From: an uncultured cyanobacterium
GTDB taxonomy: Bacteria > Cyanobacteriota > Cyanobacteriia > Cyanobacteriales > CAWCAG01
Assembly: GCA_963793425.1 (NCBI GenBank)
Contig: CAWCAG010000005.1
Coordinates: 1,376,001 to 1,440,000 of the forward strand
DNA: 64,000 nucleotides
Direction: 5' to 3'
This document shows, piece by piece, positions 42,278 through 52,072 of this stretch; within the stretch, counting starts at the first letter, position 1, and each line of letters opens with the position of its first letter. The notes under the pieces were generated by a model, which was not told the DNA's origin, did no database searches, and saw nothing but the letters and a program-made list of their open reading frames with translations. The position numbers and the translations under genes were made by a program.

Positions 42278-42699
42278 ATGCCTAGCAAAGATATTTACCA
42301 TGATTGCGTTAAACGAGCGTTAATAAACGATGGTTGGACAATTACAGACGATCCCTTGAGCCTAAAAGTTAGCAAAAAAAGCTCTATTCGTTGATTTAGC
42401 AGCCAAGAAACTATTGATAGCAGAAAAGCAAGAACAAAAAATAGCGGTAGAAGTTAAAAGTTTTATTAGCTTATCTGAAATAGAGGATCTTATAAAATGC
42501 CCTTGGTCAATATATCCTATATAAAAAGATTCTAGAACGTCAACTATCAGAGCGTGTACTTTATTTAGCTATTCGTGATTCAGTGTTTAAACGCTTGTTC
42601 ATTCAAGAAATTGGTCAGATATTGTTAGAAGATCAGACGTTAAAGCTGATCGTATTTGAGCCAGAAATCAGAAAGTATACTCAGTTTGCTAGTTGCTAA
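42278..42699 (+). pseudogene. xisH: XisH-family protein with two frameshifts; no xisI follows
   Basis: MPSKDIYH..VK.AL..DGWTITDDP / VDLAA...IAVEVKSF / NALGQY..Y...LYLAI. Confidence 0.8.
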
Positions 42700-42825
42700 T
42701 GGTTAATGGCCATTGTTGACAATTTAAGGTTTTGTGTAATTGGTCAAATACCTATTCACAAAGGCTTTTCGCCTTCTTCAAACTTACTGAATAGCCAATA
42801 GGCATAAATAACTCTGTGGGACTAC

Positions 42826-43089
42826 TCAACAACGAAAAATCGACCATTGCTCAGCATCCGAGGTGGGCTTGTTGACAACCTCCACAGCAGAATGAGTTTC
42901 TATCCATAAACTCGCTCCACAATCTCTAGTTTTGTAGGGCTGATAAACAATGCGGCAATAGCCAAATATCTCTAATTCGTGACCAAAAATATTCCGATTA
43001 CTGCCTGGTTTGATACTGACTACTGTCCTTAAAGGAATTTCATCTCCACCACTTTTTTTAATATCTAGATCATTGAATTTAATGTGCAT
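42826..43089 (-). CDS. Small conserved-looking hypothetical protein
   Basis: N.FGHELEI.G.CRIVYQP...CGA.LWIET. Confidence 0.55.
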   Translation of the reverse strand: MHIKFNDLDIKKSGGDEIPLRTVVSIKPGSNRNIFGHELEIFGYCRIVYQPYKTRDCGASLWIETHSAVEVVNKPTSDAEQWSIFRC

Positions 43090-43157
43090 CGGAACAGTAG
43101 TTTACACTGAATTAGGGGCAAAAAAGCAAGACTTTTTTGCTAAAAGAGAAATGGTTT

Positions 43158-44408
43158 TTAAAAACTTGATCTCAGTCGGGAGTTAGCCACTGCTTCTACT
43201 AAGCCGATAGAAAGAAAGTTAGTTAACAAAGCTGAACGTCCATAGCTTAGGAAGGGTAGGGGAATACCTGTAATAGGTGCTAAACCAATTGTCATACTAA
43301 TGTTGAGGATGGTTTGGAAGGCAATCATCGAAAGTACCCCAATTGCTAGTAAAGAACCAAAATCTTCTTGGGCATTAACAGCGATAATCACTAAACGTAG
43401 ACAAATTAAAGAGAAGGCAAATAAAAGCACGATACAACCAATAAAACCCCATTCTTCCCCTACCGCAGAAAAGATAAAGTCTGTATGTTGTTCTGGAATA
43501 AAGTCAAGTTGGGTTTGAGTTCCTCCGGTAAGCCCTCTTCCCCATAGTTCCCCAGAACCAATAGCAATACGAGATTGAATTAAGTGGTAACCTGTACCTA
43601 AAGCGTCTTTAGAAGGGTCTAGGAAGGAGGTGATACGGGCTTTTTGATAGTCTTGGAGAACTTCTTGCCAAAGATAGAAGCTGAATCCTCCGACAGCACC
43701 ATTAATCCCCAAGGCGATCCCGCTACTTATCCATTTCCAAGGTAGGGTTAGCCAAGCTGTTAAAGCCATTAAAGCCAACCAAGCACACCAAGCGGGGAAG
43801 TAGACGTTAAATAAAATGGCAGAGGCGATGGGAGAAATCATTAAAACTAGCCAACCAGGATTTGCCCCACCCCAAAATAGCATACCTAAAGTGATCGCCC
43901 CAAATACTAAAGAGGTTCCTAAATCAGGCTGGATGAAGATTAACAGCCAAGGTACAGCGGTAATAGCTAGAGTCCGAAAAACTGCCCCCAAGGTAGAAGC
44001 TGGGCGTTGGTGAAGCAAAGCTGCTAGGGTGATGATTACCCCTAATTTGGCGAATTCTGAAGGTTGTACTTCTATCCCGCCTAAATCAAGCCAACTTTGC
44101 GCCCCATTGGTTCTTGTACCAAAGAATTTTACCGCGAGAAGGAGAAAGTTGGTTGCACCATAAATAAACCAGTGCCAATGAATTAAGACTTCATAACGCA
44201 ACCGGGCAATGATCGCACCACAACCAATGCCCACTATGCCAGCGGTTAGATGTTTTAAATAATAGTCTGCTCCATCGTTAGTGCTGTAGATTACTAGTCC
44301 ACCAAAGGCTGTTACCCCCACGATTAAACCGAATAGCATCCAGTCTATATTTTGCCAGGGGCTAAGGAAGGACTTCCATTTGAAACTAGTTAGGGTTCTC
44401 TGTATCAT
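43158..44408 (-). CDS. rodA: Rod shape-determining protein RodA
   Basis: QPSEFAK, QPDLGT, IPEQHTDFIF, TGIPLPFLSYG. Confidence 0.93.
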   Translation of the reverse strand: MIQRTLTSFKWKSFLSPWQNIDWMLFGLIVGVTAFGGLVIYSTNDGADYYLKHLTAGIVGIGCGAIIARLRYEVLIHWHWFIYGATNFLLLAVKFFGTRTNGAQSWLDLGGIEVQPSEFAKLGVIITLAALLHQRPASTLGAVFRTLAITAVPWLLIFIQPDLGTSLVFGAITLGMLFWGGANPGWLVLMISPIASAILFNVYFPAWCAWLALMALTAWLTLPWKWISSGIALGINGAVGGFSFYLWQEVLQDYQKARITSFLDPSKDALGTGYHLIQSRIAIGSGELWGRGLTGGTQTQLDFIPEQHTDFIFSAVGEEWGFIGCIVLLFAFSLICLRLVIIAVNAQEDFGSLLAIGVLSMIAFQTILNISMTIGLAPITGIPLPFLSYGRSALLTNFLSIGLVEAVANSRLRSSF

Positions 44409-44490
44409 CTAACAATTGATGGTTAAGTAAATGGGCAAGGTAAGAGAGATTTATTTTGCCAGAAAGGTTTTTTTCTCTGTTTGTTCCTTC

Positions 44491-45552
44491 TTAAGCAAAA
44501 GCAGCTAGGGAAACTTTTCCGGCAATTACCTTCGCAATTTCAACTAACGCTCTCGCGGAGGGAGAATCAGGATTTTCGACAACAATTGGTATGCCGCGAT
44601 CGCCTCCTTCCCGTAAAGAGATTTCTAAGGGGATGCAACCCAATAAAGGAACTTCTAATTCTTGGGAGGTTTTTTCCCCTCCTCCAGAGCCAAATAAATC
44701 ATAGCTACAATCCGGTCGATCTGGCGGTATAAAATAACTCATATTTTCGACAATTCCGAGGACATTTACCCCCAGTTGCTGGAACATTTTTAGGCCGCGA
44801 CGGGCATCAATTAAGGAGACGTTTTGGGGAGTAGTAACAATAACTGTACCTGCCATCGGTACAGCTTGGGCTAAGGTTAGTTGGGCATCTCCTGTCCCAG
44901 GGGGCATATCCACAATCAGATAATCCAACTCTCCCCACTCTACCTGATAAAGAAATTGGCGAATAATACCATTAAGCATGGGACCACGCCAAATTACTGG
45001 TTGGTCTGGATCTATGAGAAAGCCCATAGAAACTAATTTAACACCGTAGTTAAAGGCCGGTTCTAAAATATCTCCTTGCGCCCCTTTTTGTACCTTGATT
45101 TTTGCCTTGGCTAGTCCTAACATAGTGGGGGCATTGGGACCATAAATATCTGCATCTAATAAGCCAACTTTTGCTCCAGTTTGTGCTAGGGCGACGGCGA
45201 CGTTTACCGCAACGCTACTTTTACCAACTCCCCCTTTACCGCTAGAAATGGCGACAATATTTTTAATGCCAGGAATGGATTGGCGATCTGCTACAGATTT
45301 TTGTTGAGGAGTTTCTGCGGTTACTTCTACTTCTACTTCTTCGACACCAGGTAGTTTCTTGACTGCTTTTTGACAATCTTCGACAATAAATTCTCTTAAA
45401 GGACAAGCCGGAGTAGTTAATACTAAGGTGAAACTAACTTTATTTCCTTCAATATTAACATTGCGAATCATATTCAATTCCACCAAACTTTTCTGTAGTT
45501 CAGGGTCTTGTACTGGTCGCAATATTTCTAAAACTGATTCTTTATTAAGCAT
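44491..45552 (-). CDS. mrp: Mrp/ApbC Fe-S cluster carrier ATPase
   Basis: TTPACP, SGKGGVGKS, DADIYGP, DMPPGTGD, VENMS. Confidence 0.93.
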   Translation of the reverse strand: MLNKESVLEILRPVQDPELQKSLVELNMIRNVNIEGNKVSFTLVLTTPACPLREFIVEDCQKAVKKLPGVEEVEVEVTAETPQQKSVADRQSIPGIKNIVAISSGKGGVGKSSVAVNVAVALAQTGAKVGLLDADIYGPNAPTMLGLAKAKIKVQKGAQGDILEPAFNYGVKLVSMGFLIDPDQPVIWRGPMLNGIIRQFLYQVEWGELDYLIVDMPPGTGDAQLTLAQAVPMAGTVIVTTPQNVSLIDARRGLKMFQQLGVNVLGIVENMSYFIPPDRPDCSYDLFGSGGGEKTSQELEVPLLGCIPLEISLREGGDRGIPIVVENPDSPSARALVEIAKVIAGKVSLAAFA

Positions 45553-45645
45553 AGGGAACGGGGAACAGGATATTTAATATAAAGTTGAGTAATTAAGTTG
45601 CTTAAACTAGTAGCTTACATTTGAGTCTAACAAATGTTGTGATCT

Positions 45646-45677
45646 TCTCCTCATCTCCCCATCTCCCTATCTCCCCA
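45646..45677 (+). repeat. Short tandem repeat (CCCCATCT-like STRR)
   Basis: ctcctcatctccccatctccctatctcccca. Confidence 0.6.
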
Positions 45678-46197
45678 AAGCCGACACAATAGAAGGATTA
45701 ATGTTTAGGTAACGCACCACCAAACGATGTAACCAAATATTCCACAAAGCCATTGAAACTGCTGTGGCGATTCCAGCCCCCAAAATACCTAACCAAGGAA
45801 TACCAATCAGATTAAGCATGATGTTGACCCCAGTACACCAACCCATTACCTTCTAGCGATAGAAGAAACTAATTGTTGCAAGCCCTGAAAATCTTTTTCT
45901 GCGTAGAGAGAAGCAAAAAGAGGAGCGGCGATCGCATTAACTGCAATTAAAATAAAGTTGACCCAAGCTGCGGTTTTGAGAAACGGCATTAGGAAATCCT
46001 AATCCAGCCAGAAAGCCCAGCAAGAGACTCAAAGCAGTTACATATTCATAAATGCCATACTCTTTTACTCCTAACCAACGAGCAAGAAACAGTCTTGAAG
46101 TATAAGCAATGCCAAGACTTAAAAGTTGTACAACTAAGGCACTTCCTGTACCTCTAGCAAGTGTTTTTAGTAATCCCAATTGCTTAAATTGCATCAA
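45667..46197 (-). pseudogene. Wzx/MOP-family flippase with two internal deletions
   Basis: Three abutting pieces: N-terminal LARWLGVKEYG; middle KTAAWVNFIL.AVNAIAAPLFA.LY; C-terminal NIMLNL.GIPWLGILGAGIATA...*. Confidence 0.8.
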
Positions 46198-46362
46198 ACC
46201 GCTTCGCAGAAATTAGGGGCGAAACGTCTTATTGTAGAGTTAAGTTACTCCCTTGCCTCAGTAACAATTATTGCTCCGGTTAAATATTTAGGCAAAAACG
46301 GGAACAGTACTTGGGGTAGATGAACGTCTAGGTATTTATCTGCTGAGGTACTTTTCGTTATT

Positions 46363-47784
46363 ATGATTCAAAATTTCTCTTCTCAAAGTTCTCCCTTTCT
46401 CAAATTAACCATTTTCTGTTTTTCTTTGTTATTACTGTCAGGGATAGGCAGTTGTCAAGGGAAGATAGGGGAAACGGAGTCTAAGAGTCTTGTTGAAGTC
46501 TTGAAATACGAAGCTAGACAAAATCGTAAATATGCTAGCCAAACCAAAACCTATCAAGGTTTAGAAGCTATCCCTAATTTTATTGCAGATTTGCAAGCAG
46601 AAGATAAAGAAGTTCGTTCCGCTGCGGCTGTCGCTTTGGGTATTATGGGTGCAAAGGAACCTTCAGAGGCCTCAACTTTAGTTCCTCCTTTGAAATTAGC
46701 TTTACAGGATACTGAAGCTGTGGTGCGTTACTCTGCTGCCCTAGCTTTAGGAAGAATTGGGGCAACCTCTGCTGATCCTACGACTATTGTCGAAGCCTTA
46801 ATCACGGCTACAGAAGATCGCAATTCTCAAGTACGAGACTCCGCTACGATTTCCCTGGCGAGAATTGGCAGAAAAGACCCTTTAGTTGTACCAGCTTTAA
46901 TTGCATCCTTGCAAGATAAAAATGTTGGTGTACGTAGTACCGGGGCAGAAGCTTTAGCGAGAATTGGGAAAAAAGACCCTTTGGTTATTCCTGGTTTTGT
47001 GGCTACTTTACAAGCGAATGAAGCTCATGTTCGCTCCATTGCTGCCTACGGTTTAGGATATATGGGGGCAGAAGCTTCTAGTACTATTCCTGAACTTATT
47101 ACGGCTATAGTAGATCCTCATCCCAGAGTACGCAGGGCTGCCACTACAGCTTTGGGAAGAATTAGTAAAGAGCCAGTATTAACTGTTCCAGCTTTAATTG
47201 TCGCTTTAACTGATGAAGATTCTCAAGTACGCAGCATAGCTATTTCTTCTCTGCAAAAAATTAGTCAGCAAGACTCCTCCGTAATTCTGGTTTTATTAGC
47301 AGAACTCAAAGATGAGGATGCTGAGGTACGGGAAGGGGTTGCTACAGCCTTGAAAAGAGTTAAAGCTGAACCTTCTTTAGTTATTCCTGCTTTGTTAGAA
47401 GCTTTAGGGGATGAAAATGAGGAGGTACGCAGAGCCGCAGCCCTTACTTTAGGCAAAATAGAATCAAGAAATTCTGCTGTTATCCCAGGGTTGGTGACAG
47501 CTTTTCAGCAGGGGAATCCTCAAGTACAACAAAGTGCTAGCTTAGCTTTGCAAGAAATCGGTAGTTCCGCTACTCCTGCGGTTATATCGATAATTTTCCA
47601 TGGTAATGGAGAAATTCGTTCCCGCGCGATCGCCTTAACTTGGCAATTAATTCGCCTCCAGGTTCTTTACTGCACAGCTTTAACTATAATAGTTAGTCTA
47701 ATCGTTTTCCTCCTCCGCAATCCGCAAATTATTATTAATTTCTTATTCCTGCCCCCAGAAGAAACGGTTGTCAGTGATCAGTGA
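46363..47784 (+). CDS. HEAT/PBS-lyase repeat protein with possible lipoprotein signal and C-terminal TM helix
   Basis: About ten L.D.D..VR..AA.ALG repeats; LLLSGIGSC; hydrophobic C-terminus. Confidence 0.85.
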   Translation: MIQNFSSQSSPFLKLTIFCFSLLLLSGIGSCQGKIGETESKSLVEVLKYEARQNRKYASQTKTYQGLEAIPNFIADLQAEDKEVRSAAAVALGIMGAKEPSEASTLVPPLKLALQDTEAVVRYSAALALGRIGATSADPTTIVEALITATEDRNSQVRDSATISLARIGRKDPLVVPALIASLQDKNVGVRSTGAEALARIGKKDPLVIPGFVATLQANEAHVRSIAAYGLGYMGAEASSTIPELITAIVDPHPRVRRAATTALGRISKEPVLTVPALIVALTDEDSQVRSIAISSLQKISQQDSSVILVLLAELKDEDAEVREGVATALKRVKAEPSLVIPALLEALGDENEEVRRAAALTLGKIESRNSAVIPGLVTAFQQGNPQVQQSASLALQEIGSSATPAVISIIFHGNGEIRSRAIALTWQLIRLQVLYCTALTIIVSLIVFLLRNPQIIINFLFLPPEETVVSDQ

Positions 47785-47919
47785 TCAATGTACGGCTTGC
47801 TTTTGCTGTTAGGCATCAATATGACAATTCCTAATAACTTGGCTAGCCGTTTTCCAGGTATGATCAATAAATTCAGGGTTCAAATTTTGGGCTGCCCGTT
47901 TGTTATCTTTTGACTTGCT

Positions 47920-49572
47920 ATGAATAAAAAAGACTCTAAGCAAATTTGGCTTTATGATACAACTTTAAGAGATGGTTCCCAAGGTGAGGGATTATCTTTA
48001 TCTTTAGAAGATAAGTTGAAAATTGCTCGCAGATTAGATGAAATGGGCATTCCTTTTATTGAAGGAGGCTGGCCTGGAGCTAACCCAAAGGATGTACAAT
48101 TTTTCTGGCAGTTAAAGGAACAACCTCTTAAACAAGCTGAAGTCGTCGCTTTTTGTTCTACCCGTCGTCCCCAGGTTAAAGCCGCTGAGGATCGGATGTT
48201 ACAAGGGATTTTAGCAGCGGGAACCCGTTGGGTAACTATTTTCGGCAAATCTTGGGATCTTCATGTCACAGAGGGCTTGAAGACAAGCTTAGCAGAGAAT
48301 TTAGCGATGATTGGCGACACCATTGAGTTTTTGCGAAGTCAAGGACGTAGGGTAATCTACGACGGGGAACATTGGTTTGATGGCTATAAAAATAATCCTG
48401 AATATGCCCTGAAAACTCTACAAACAGCAATTACCGCCGGGGCAGAATGGTTAGTTTTTTGTGATACCAATGGGGGGACTTTGCCCCAAGAAATTAGTGC
48501 CATTGTTCAGGAAGTTGTTATTAAACTGAATTTAATCAATCTCTCTCCAACTCCCCAACCCCAACTCGGCATCCACACCCACAATGACTCTGGTACAGCC
48601 GTTGCTAATGCCTTAGCTGCGGTAGGAGAAGGAGTAACCATGGTGCAAGGTACAATTAATGGTTACGGGGAACGTTGCGGCAATGCTAACCTTTGTACCC
48701 TCATCCCTAATTTGCAACTCAAACTAGGGTATCAATGTCTTGAGAGTGAACAATTAACGCAACTAACCCCCACCAGCCGCATCATTAGCGAAATTGTTAA
48801 CCTAGCCCCCGATGATGGCGCACCTTTTGTCGGACGTTCTGCTTTTGCCCACAAAGGAGGGATTCACGTCTCTGCGGTGCAACGCAACCCCTTAACCTAC
48901 GAACATATTCAACCAGAAGCTATTGGCAATGAACGCAGAATTGTGATTTCTGAGCAATCAGGGCTGAGTAATGTTTTAGAAAAAGCTCGTGATTTTGGCT
49001 TGGAGTTGCAGAAAAAAGATCCTGCCTGTAGACAAATTTTAGAACGGCTTAAGGATTTAGAACACCAAGGCTATCAATTTGAGGCGGCTGAAGCTAGTTT
49101 TGAATTGTTGATGCGTTCGGCTTTAGCACAACGTCAAGAGATGTTTCAGCTTAAGGGTTTCCAGGTTCATTGCGATATGCAAGAATCTGTCAATAAAGGT
49201 GACAGCAAGGCTTTGGCAACTATCAAAGTGGCTGTTGATGGTAAAGATATCCTAGAAGTGGCAGAAGGCAATGGCCCTGTTTCTGCTTTAGATGCAGCTT
49301 TAAGAAAAGCTTTGGTTAAATTTTACCCAGAAATTGCCGCTTTCCAGCTTACAGATTATAAGGTGAGGATTCTTGATGGTGAAGCAGGTACTTCAGCAAA
49401 AACCCGCGTTTTAGTTGAATCGAGTAATGGAGAAAAGCGTTGGACAACTGTTGGTGTATCTAGCAATATTTTAGACGCTTCTTACCAAGCTGTGGTGGAA
49501 GGTATTGAGTATGGTTTGTTGCTTGATTCTGCTAAGGTTGCCGTGTCTTTGAGTGAAGGGGTGAGGGGGTAA
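47920..49572 (+). CDS. cimA: Citramalate synthase
   Basis: YDTTLRDGSQGEG, GGWPGANPKD, FGKSWD, HTHND, AFAHKGG.HVSA. Confidence 0.92.
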   Translation: MNKKDSKQIWLYDTTLRDGSQGEGLSLSLEDKLKIARRLDEMGIPFIEGGWPGANPKDVQFFWQLKEQPLKQAEVVAFCSTRRPQVKAAEDRMLQGILAAGTRWVTIFGKSWDLHVTEGLKTSLAENLAMIGDTIEFLRSQGRRVIYDGEHWFDGYKNNPEYALKTLQTAITAGAEWLVFCDTNGGTLPQEISAIVQEVVIKLNLINLSPTPQPQLGIHTHNDSGTAVANALAAVGEGVTMVQGTINGYGERCGNANLCTLIPNLQLKLGYQCLESEQLTQLTPTSRIISEIVNLAPDDGAPFVGRSAFAHKGGIHVSAVQRNPLTYEHIQPEAIGNERRIVISEQSGLSNVLEKARDFGLELQKKDPACRQILERLKDLEHQGYQFEAAEASFELLMRSALAQRQEMFQLKGFQVHCDMQESVNKGDSKALATIKVAVDGKDILEVAEGNGPVSALDAALRKALVKFYPEIAAFQLTDYKVRILDGEAGTSAKTRVLVESSNGEKRWTTVGVSSNILDASYQAVVEGIEYGLLLDSAKVAVSLSEGVRG

Positions 49573-49579
49573 ACTTTAA

Positions 49580-49649
49580 TTGATTAAAGGGAATCCCCGT
49601 CTCTAGCCTCCGGCAACCATAAGCGCGAACAGAGCGGGGAGGATGTCAA
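49580..49649 (+). mobile_element. Miniature non-autonomous IS200/IS605-family remnant (single hairpin)
   Basis: TTGAT-taaagg-GAATCCCCGTCTCT...AGAGCGGGGAGGATG-TCAA. Confidence 0.65.
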
Positions 49650-49657
49650 GATCGAGG

Positions 49658-51385
49658 TTATATTGAGACAGGAATTCTCTTGATCATCTCAAACTGCTCA
49701 AAATCCCTTTGTAGAGGGCGCAAATCACGAGGTTGTGATGTTGGCTTAAATAAACCCTCCGCTTCCCAACAATGAGGATCTAAACTCATAGCTTGAACAT
49801 TAAGCCAAATTGGTTCAGAAAACTGACTTCGTAATTCTGGCATAGTGTCTTCTATGGCTAAGAGAAAAATCACCTGTGCTAACTCTTCTAAACGTTGGTA
49901 ATTTCTTTCTAAATCAGCTATCAACTCATCAACAGTTTTATTCGCTTGCAGATTACGGCCTCTCAACTCTTTTAAGAAAGATAGCTGACCATAATCGATA
50001 AATTCATAAGCCAACTTACCTTGAGATTTATTAGTCCAATCTAAACATAATCTGCCTATCGCCATTCCTAAGCTAGGAAACTTCATAGCAGCACTGTACC
50101 AAACTTGACGATGTTCTTCCCAAGTAAGATAGGGAGTATTCATAATAATAGGGGCAAAGGAACTTAAAAAGGCAGCAATATCCCAAATAAACTTCATTGC
50201 CATTATTCCTCCTTGATCTAAACAGGTATAATTAACTTCTTGAATAAAGGAAGCTGTACTATCACTAAAAGCTAAGTAAAAGAGATTTGCTTCCTCAATT
50301 ACTTTAGGGTTGAGGTTGTTTTCCCTCTCTAGCTTAATCAGCTTGGTTAGTAAAGAGTTGCCATAGGCAATTAAATCAATACCAGGGGAGTAAAAAGGAT
50401 CAGGGAAAGTTGCCGCTTCCCCGATACAACCCCAACGTTGTTCAGAAAATATTTGTGTCGCTGAGTAGCTATATTTGGGCATCTTCATAAAATCTTCTGG
50501 AGTTTTATCTTGAAGACGAGATGCTAAGACAGGTTCGTGGTTTCCTAACCACTGATAGGCTTGTTCGTAGTTACAAAGCAGTTTGAGGGGATGAAACTTT
50601 TCTTGGGCAACAATGCCAATGCTAGTATGTCCAGAAGCCAACGGAATTAACCAAATCCAATATCCTTGCCCACATAAATGATTGGTGGAAAGATATCTTT
50701 TTTCTCCGGGAACGCGGTTATGCCAACTTTGTTTAGTAACAGGAACAAAGTCATCTACGTTAATTTTTCCCTCAACCCGAAACCACACAGCGTTGAATCT
50801 CGGATCATTTGCTTTTCTCAAACCTAACTTAGTTTGTAAAAACCGACGACGACCCATGCCATCAATTAGCCAGGGTGTTTGACAAGTATGGGTGCTATGA
50901 TTGGAACCTTGAGTATAAGTAATTTGATGAAGAGATTCTGAACCATCCCCCAGGTGAACATCTTTAACAGTGCAACCTTCTAATATTGTTATACCTGTGG
51001 AACTATTTAACTCCCTTAAATAGTTTTCTAACCTACCGCGATTAATTTGGTAAGAATGGGGTGTCGGTTGAAATTCCCCTAAGCCAATTTCAGGTCTATT
51101 TTGAAATTCATCTTGACCATTACCAAAAAAGAAACGTAGACCTAATTTAGAGATGTATTGGTCACTCTCAAAGTAATTTTCTAACTGGAGAACTTTGCTA
51201 AGATAACAAGCCCCAGGATAAACCGTAGATTCTCCTACTTTATTAGTTACTTCTGATAAAGGTCTAGTTAATCGGTCGAGAATCAGAATAGAAAGATTGG
51301 GAATTTCTAATTTAAGTTGTCTGGCTAAGGTTAATCCCGCCAAACCGCCACCACAAATAACAACATCGTAGCTATTTTCAGCCAT
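49658..51385 (-). CDS. Flavin-dependent halogenase
   Basis: GGGLAG, KVGES, WIWLIP (WxWxIP), FPDPFYSPG (FxxPxxSxG). Confidence 0.8.
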   Translation of the reverse strand: MAENSYDVVICGGGLAGLTLARQLKLEIPNLSILILDRLTRPLSEVTNKVGESTVYPGACYLSKVLQLENYFESDQYISKLGLRFFFGNGQDEFQNRPEIGLGEFQPTPHSYQINRGRLENYLRELNSSTGITILEGCTVKDVHLGDGSESLHQITYTQGSNHSTHTCQTPWLIDGMGRRRFLQTKLGLRKANDPRFNAVWFRVEGKINVDDFVPVTKQSWHNRVPGEKRYLSTNHLCGQGYWIWLIPLASGHTSIGIVAQEKFHPLKLLCNYEQAYQWLGNHEPVLASRLQDKTPEDFMKMPKYSYSATQIFSEQRWGCIGEAATFPDPFYSPGIDLIAYGNSLLTKLIKLERENNLNPKVIEEANLFYLAFSDSTASFIQEVNYTCLDQGGIMAMKFIWDIAAFLSSFAPIIMNTPYLTWEEHRQVWYSAAMKFPSLGMAIGRLCLDWTNKSQGKLAYEFIDYGQLSFLKELRGRNLQANKTVDELIADLERNYQRLEELAQVIFLLAIEDTMPELRSQFSEPIWLNVQAMSLDPHCWEAEGLFKPTSQPRDLRPLQRDFEQFEMIKRIPVSI

Positions 51386-51474
51386 ATTATAGCTCCACTA
51401 ATTCAATGCACCGCTGAAAGTAAAATAACTTATTTATTGGGCAGTTGCAGTTGCGAAGATAACATTATCTTGCT

Positions 51475-52016
51475 TTAATGGCTTGATTTCCTCTTCAGTC
51501 GTTTTAATTCTTGATGACAGTAAAGATGTTTGCTGTGGCAATCAATTACCTCCTTATAGTTTTAGCAGCATTGATACCATTTTTAATAATGATTGGGTCT
51601 AAAACCCGATGACAAAACCAGTCTGTTGTTGACCAATCAAAGAAATAACTTTGTTTGAAGAGTAAATCAAACTCAGCTAATAAAAATTTATAGTCGATTT
51701 TATTTAACAGAAACTTTTGAAGATAAATTGTCCCGGCAAATTTATCTTCTGCAAAGGAGCTAGAGATTAAGTCAGAACAAAGTGTTAGTTGTTCTTTAGG
51801 ATCGTAGTTGTAGAGTTTATTTTCTGAATGCCACTGCTTCACTAAAGAAGTTACCTGTGGTGTTTTTATACCTCGGTATTCAATAGCACCCTTAAGGTAA
51901 TTATCGAACCATTGTTTGGTTTTTAAATCAGAGTTCTCCTTAAGTTGTTGAATTAATAATTCAACTAACTCTTCTCGTTTTTGTTGGGATATTTTTAATG
52001 TTAACATGGCTTTCAA
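51475..52016 (-). pseudogene. DNA alkylation repair (AlkD-like) protein, truncated or internally deleted
   Basis: YRGIKTP, EDK, DWSTTDWFC; stops at 156 aa; a possible C-terminal tail EVID.HSKHL...* follows in another frame. Confidence 0.6.
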
Positions 52017-52072
52017 TAACGAAAAAAGAAGCTAAGATCATAAATCTCCTAAGCACCGATTTAGTATCACAA

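Noticed and set aside
42175..42288. Extended start of the GTPase ORF
   Set aside because: Low-complexity intergenic-like sequence overlapping the xisH start; MSEPL is more plausible.
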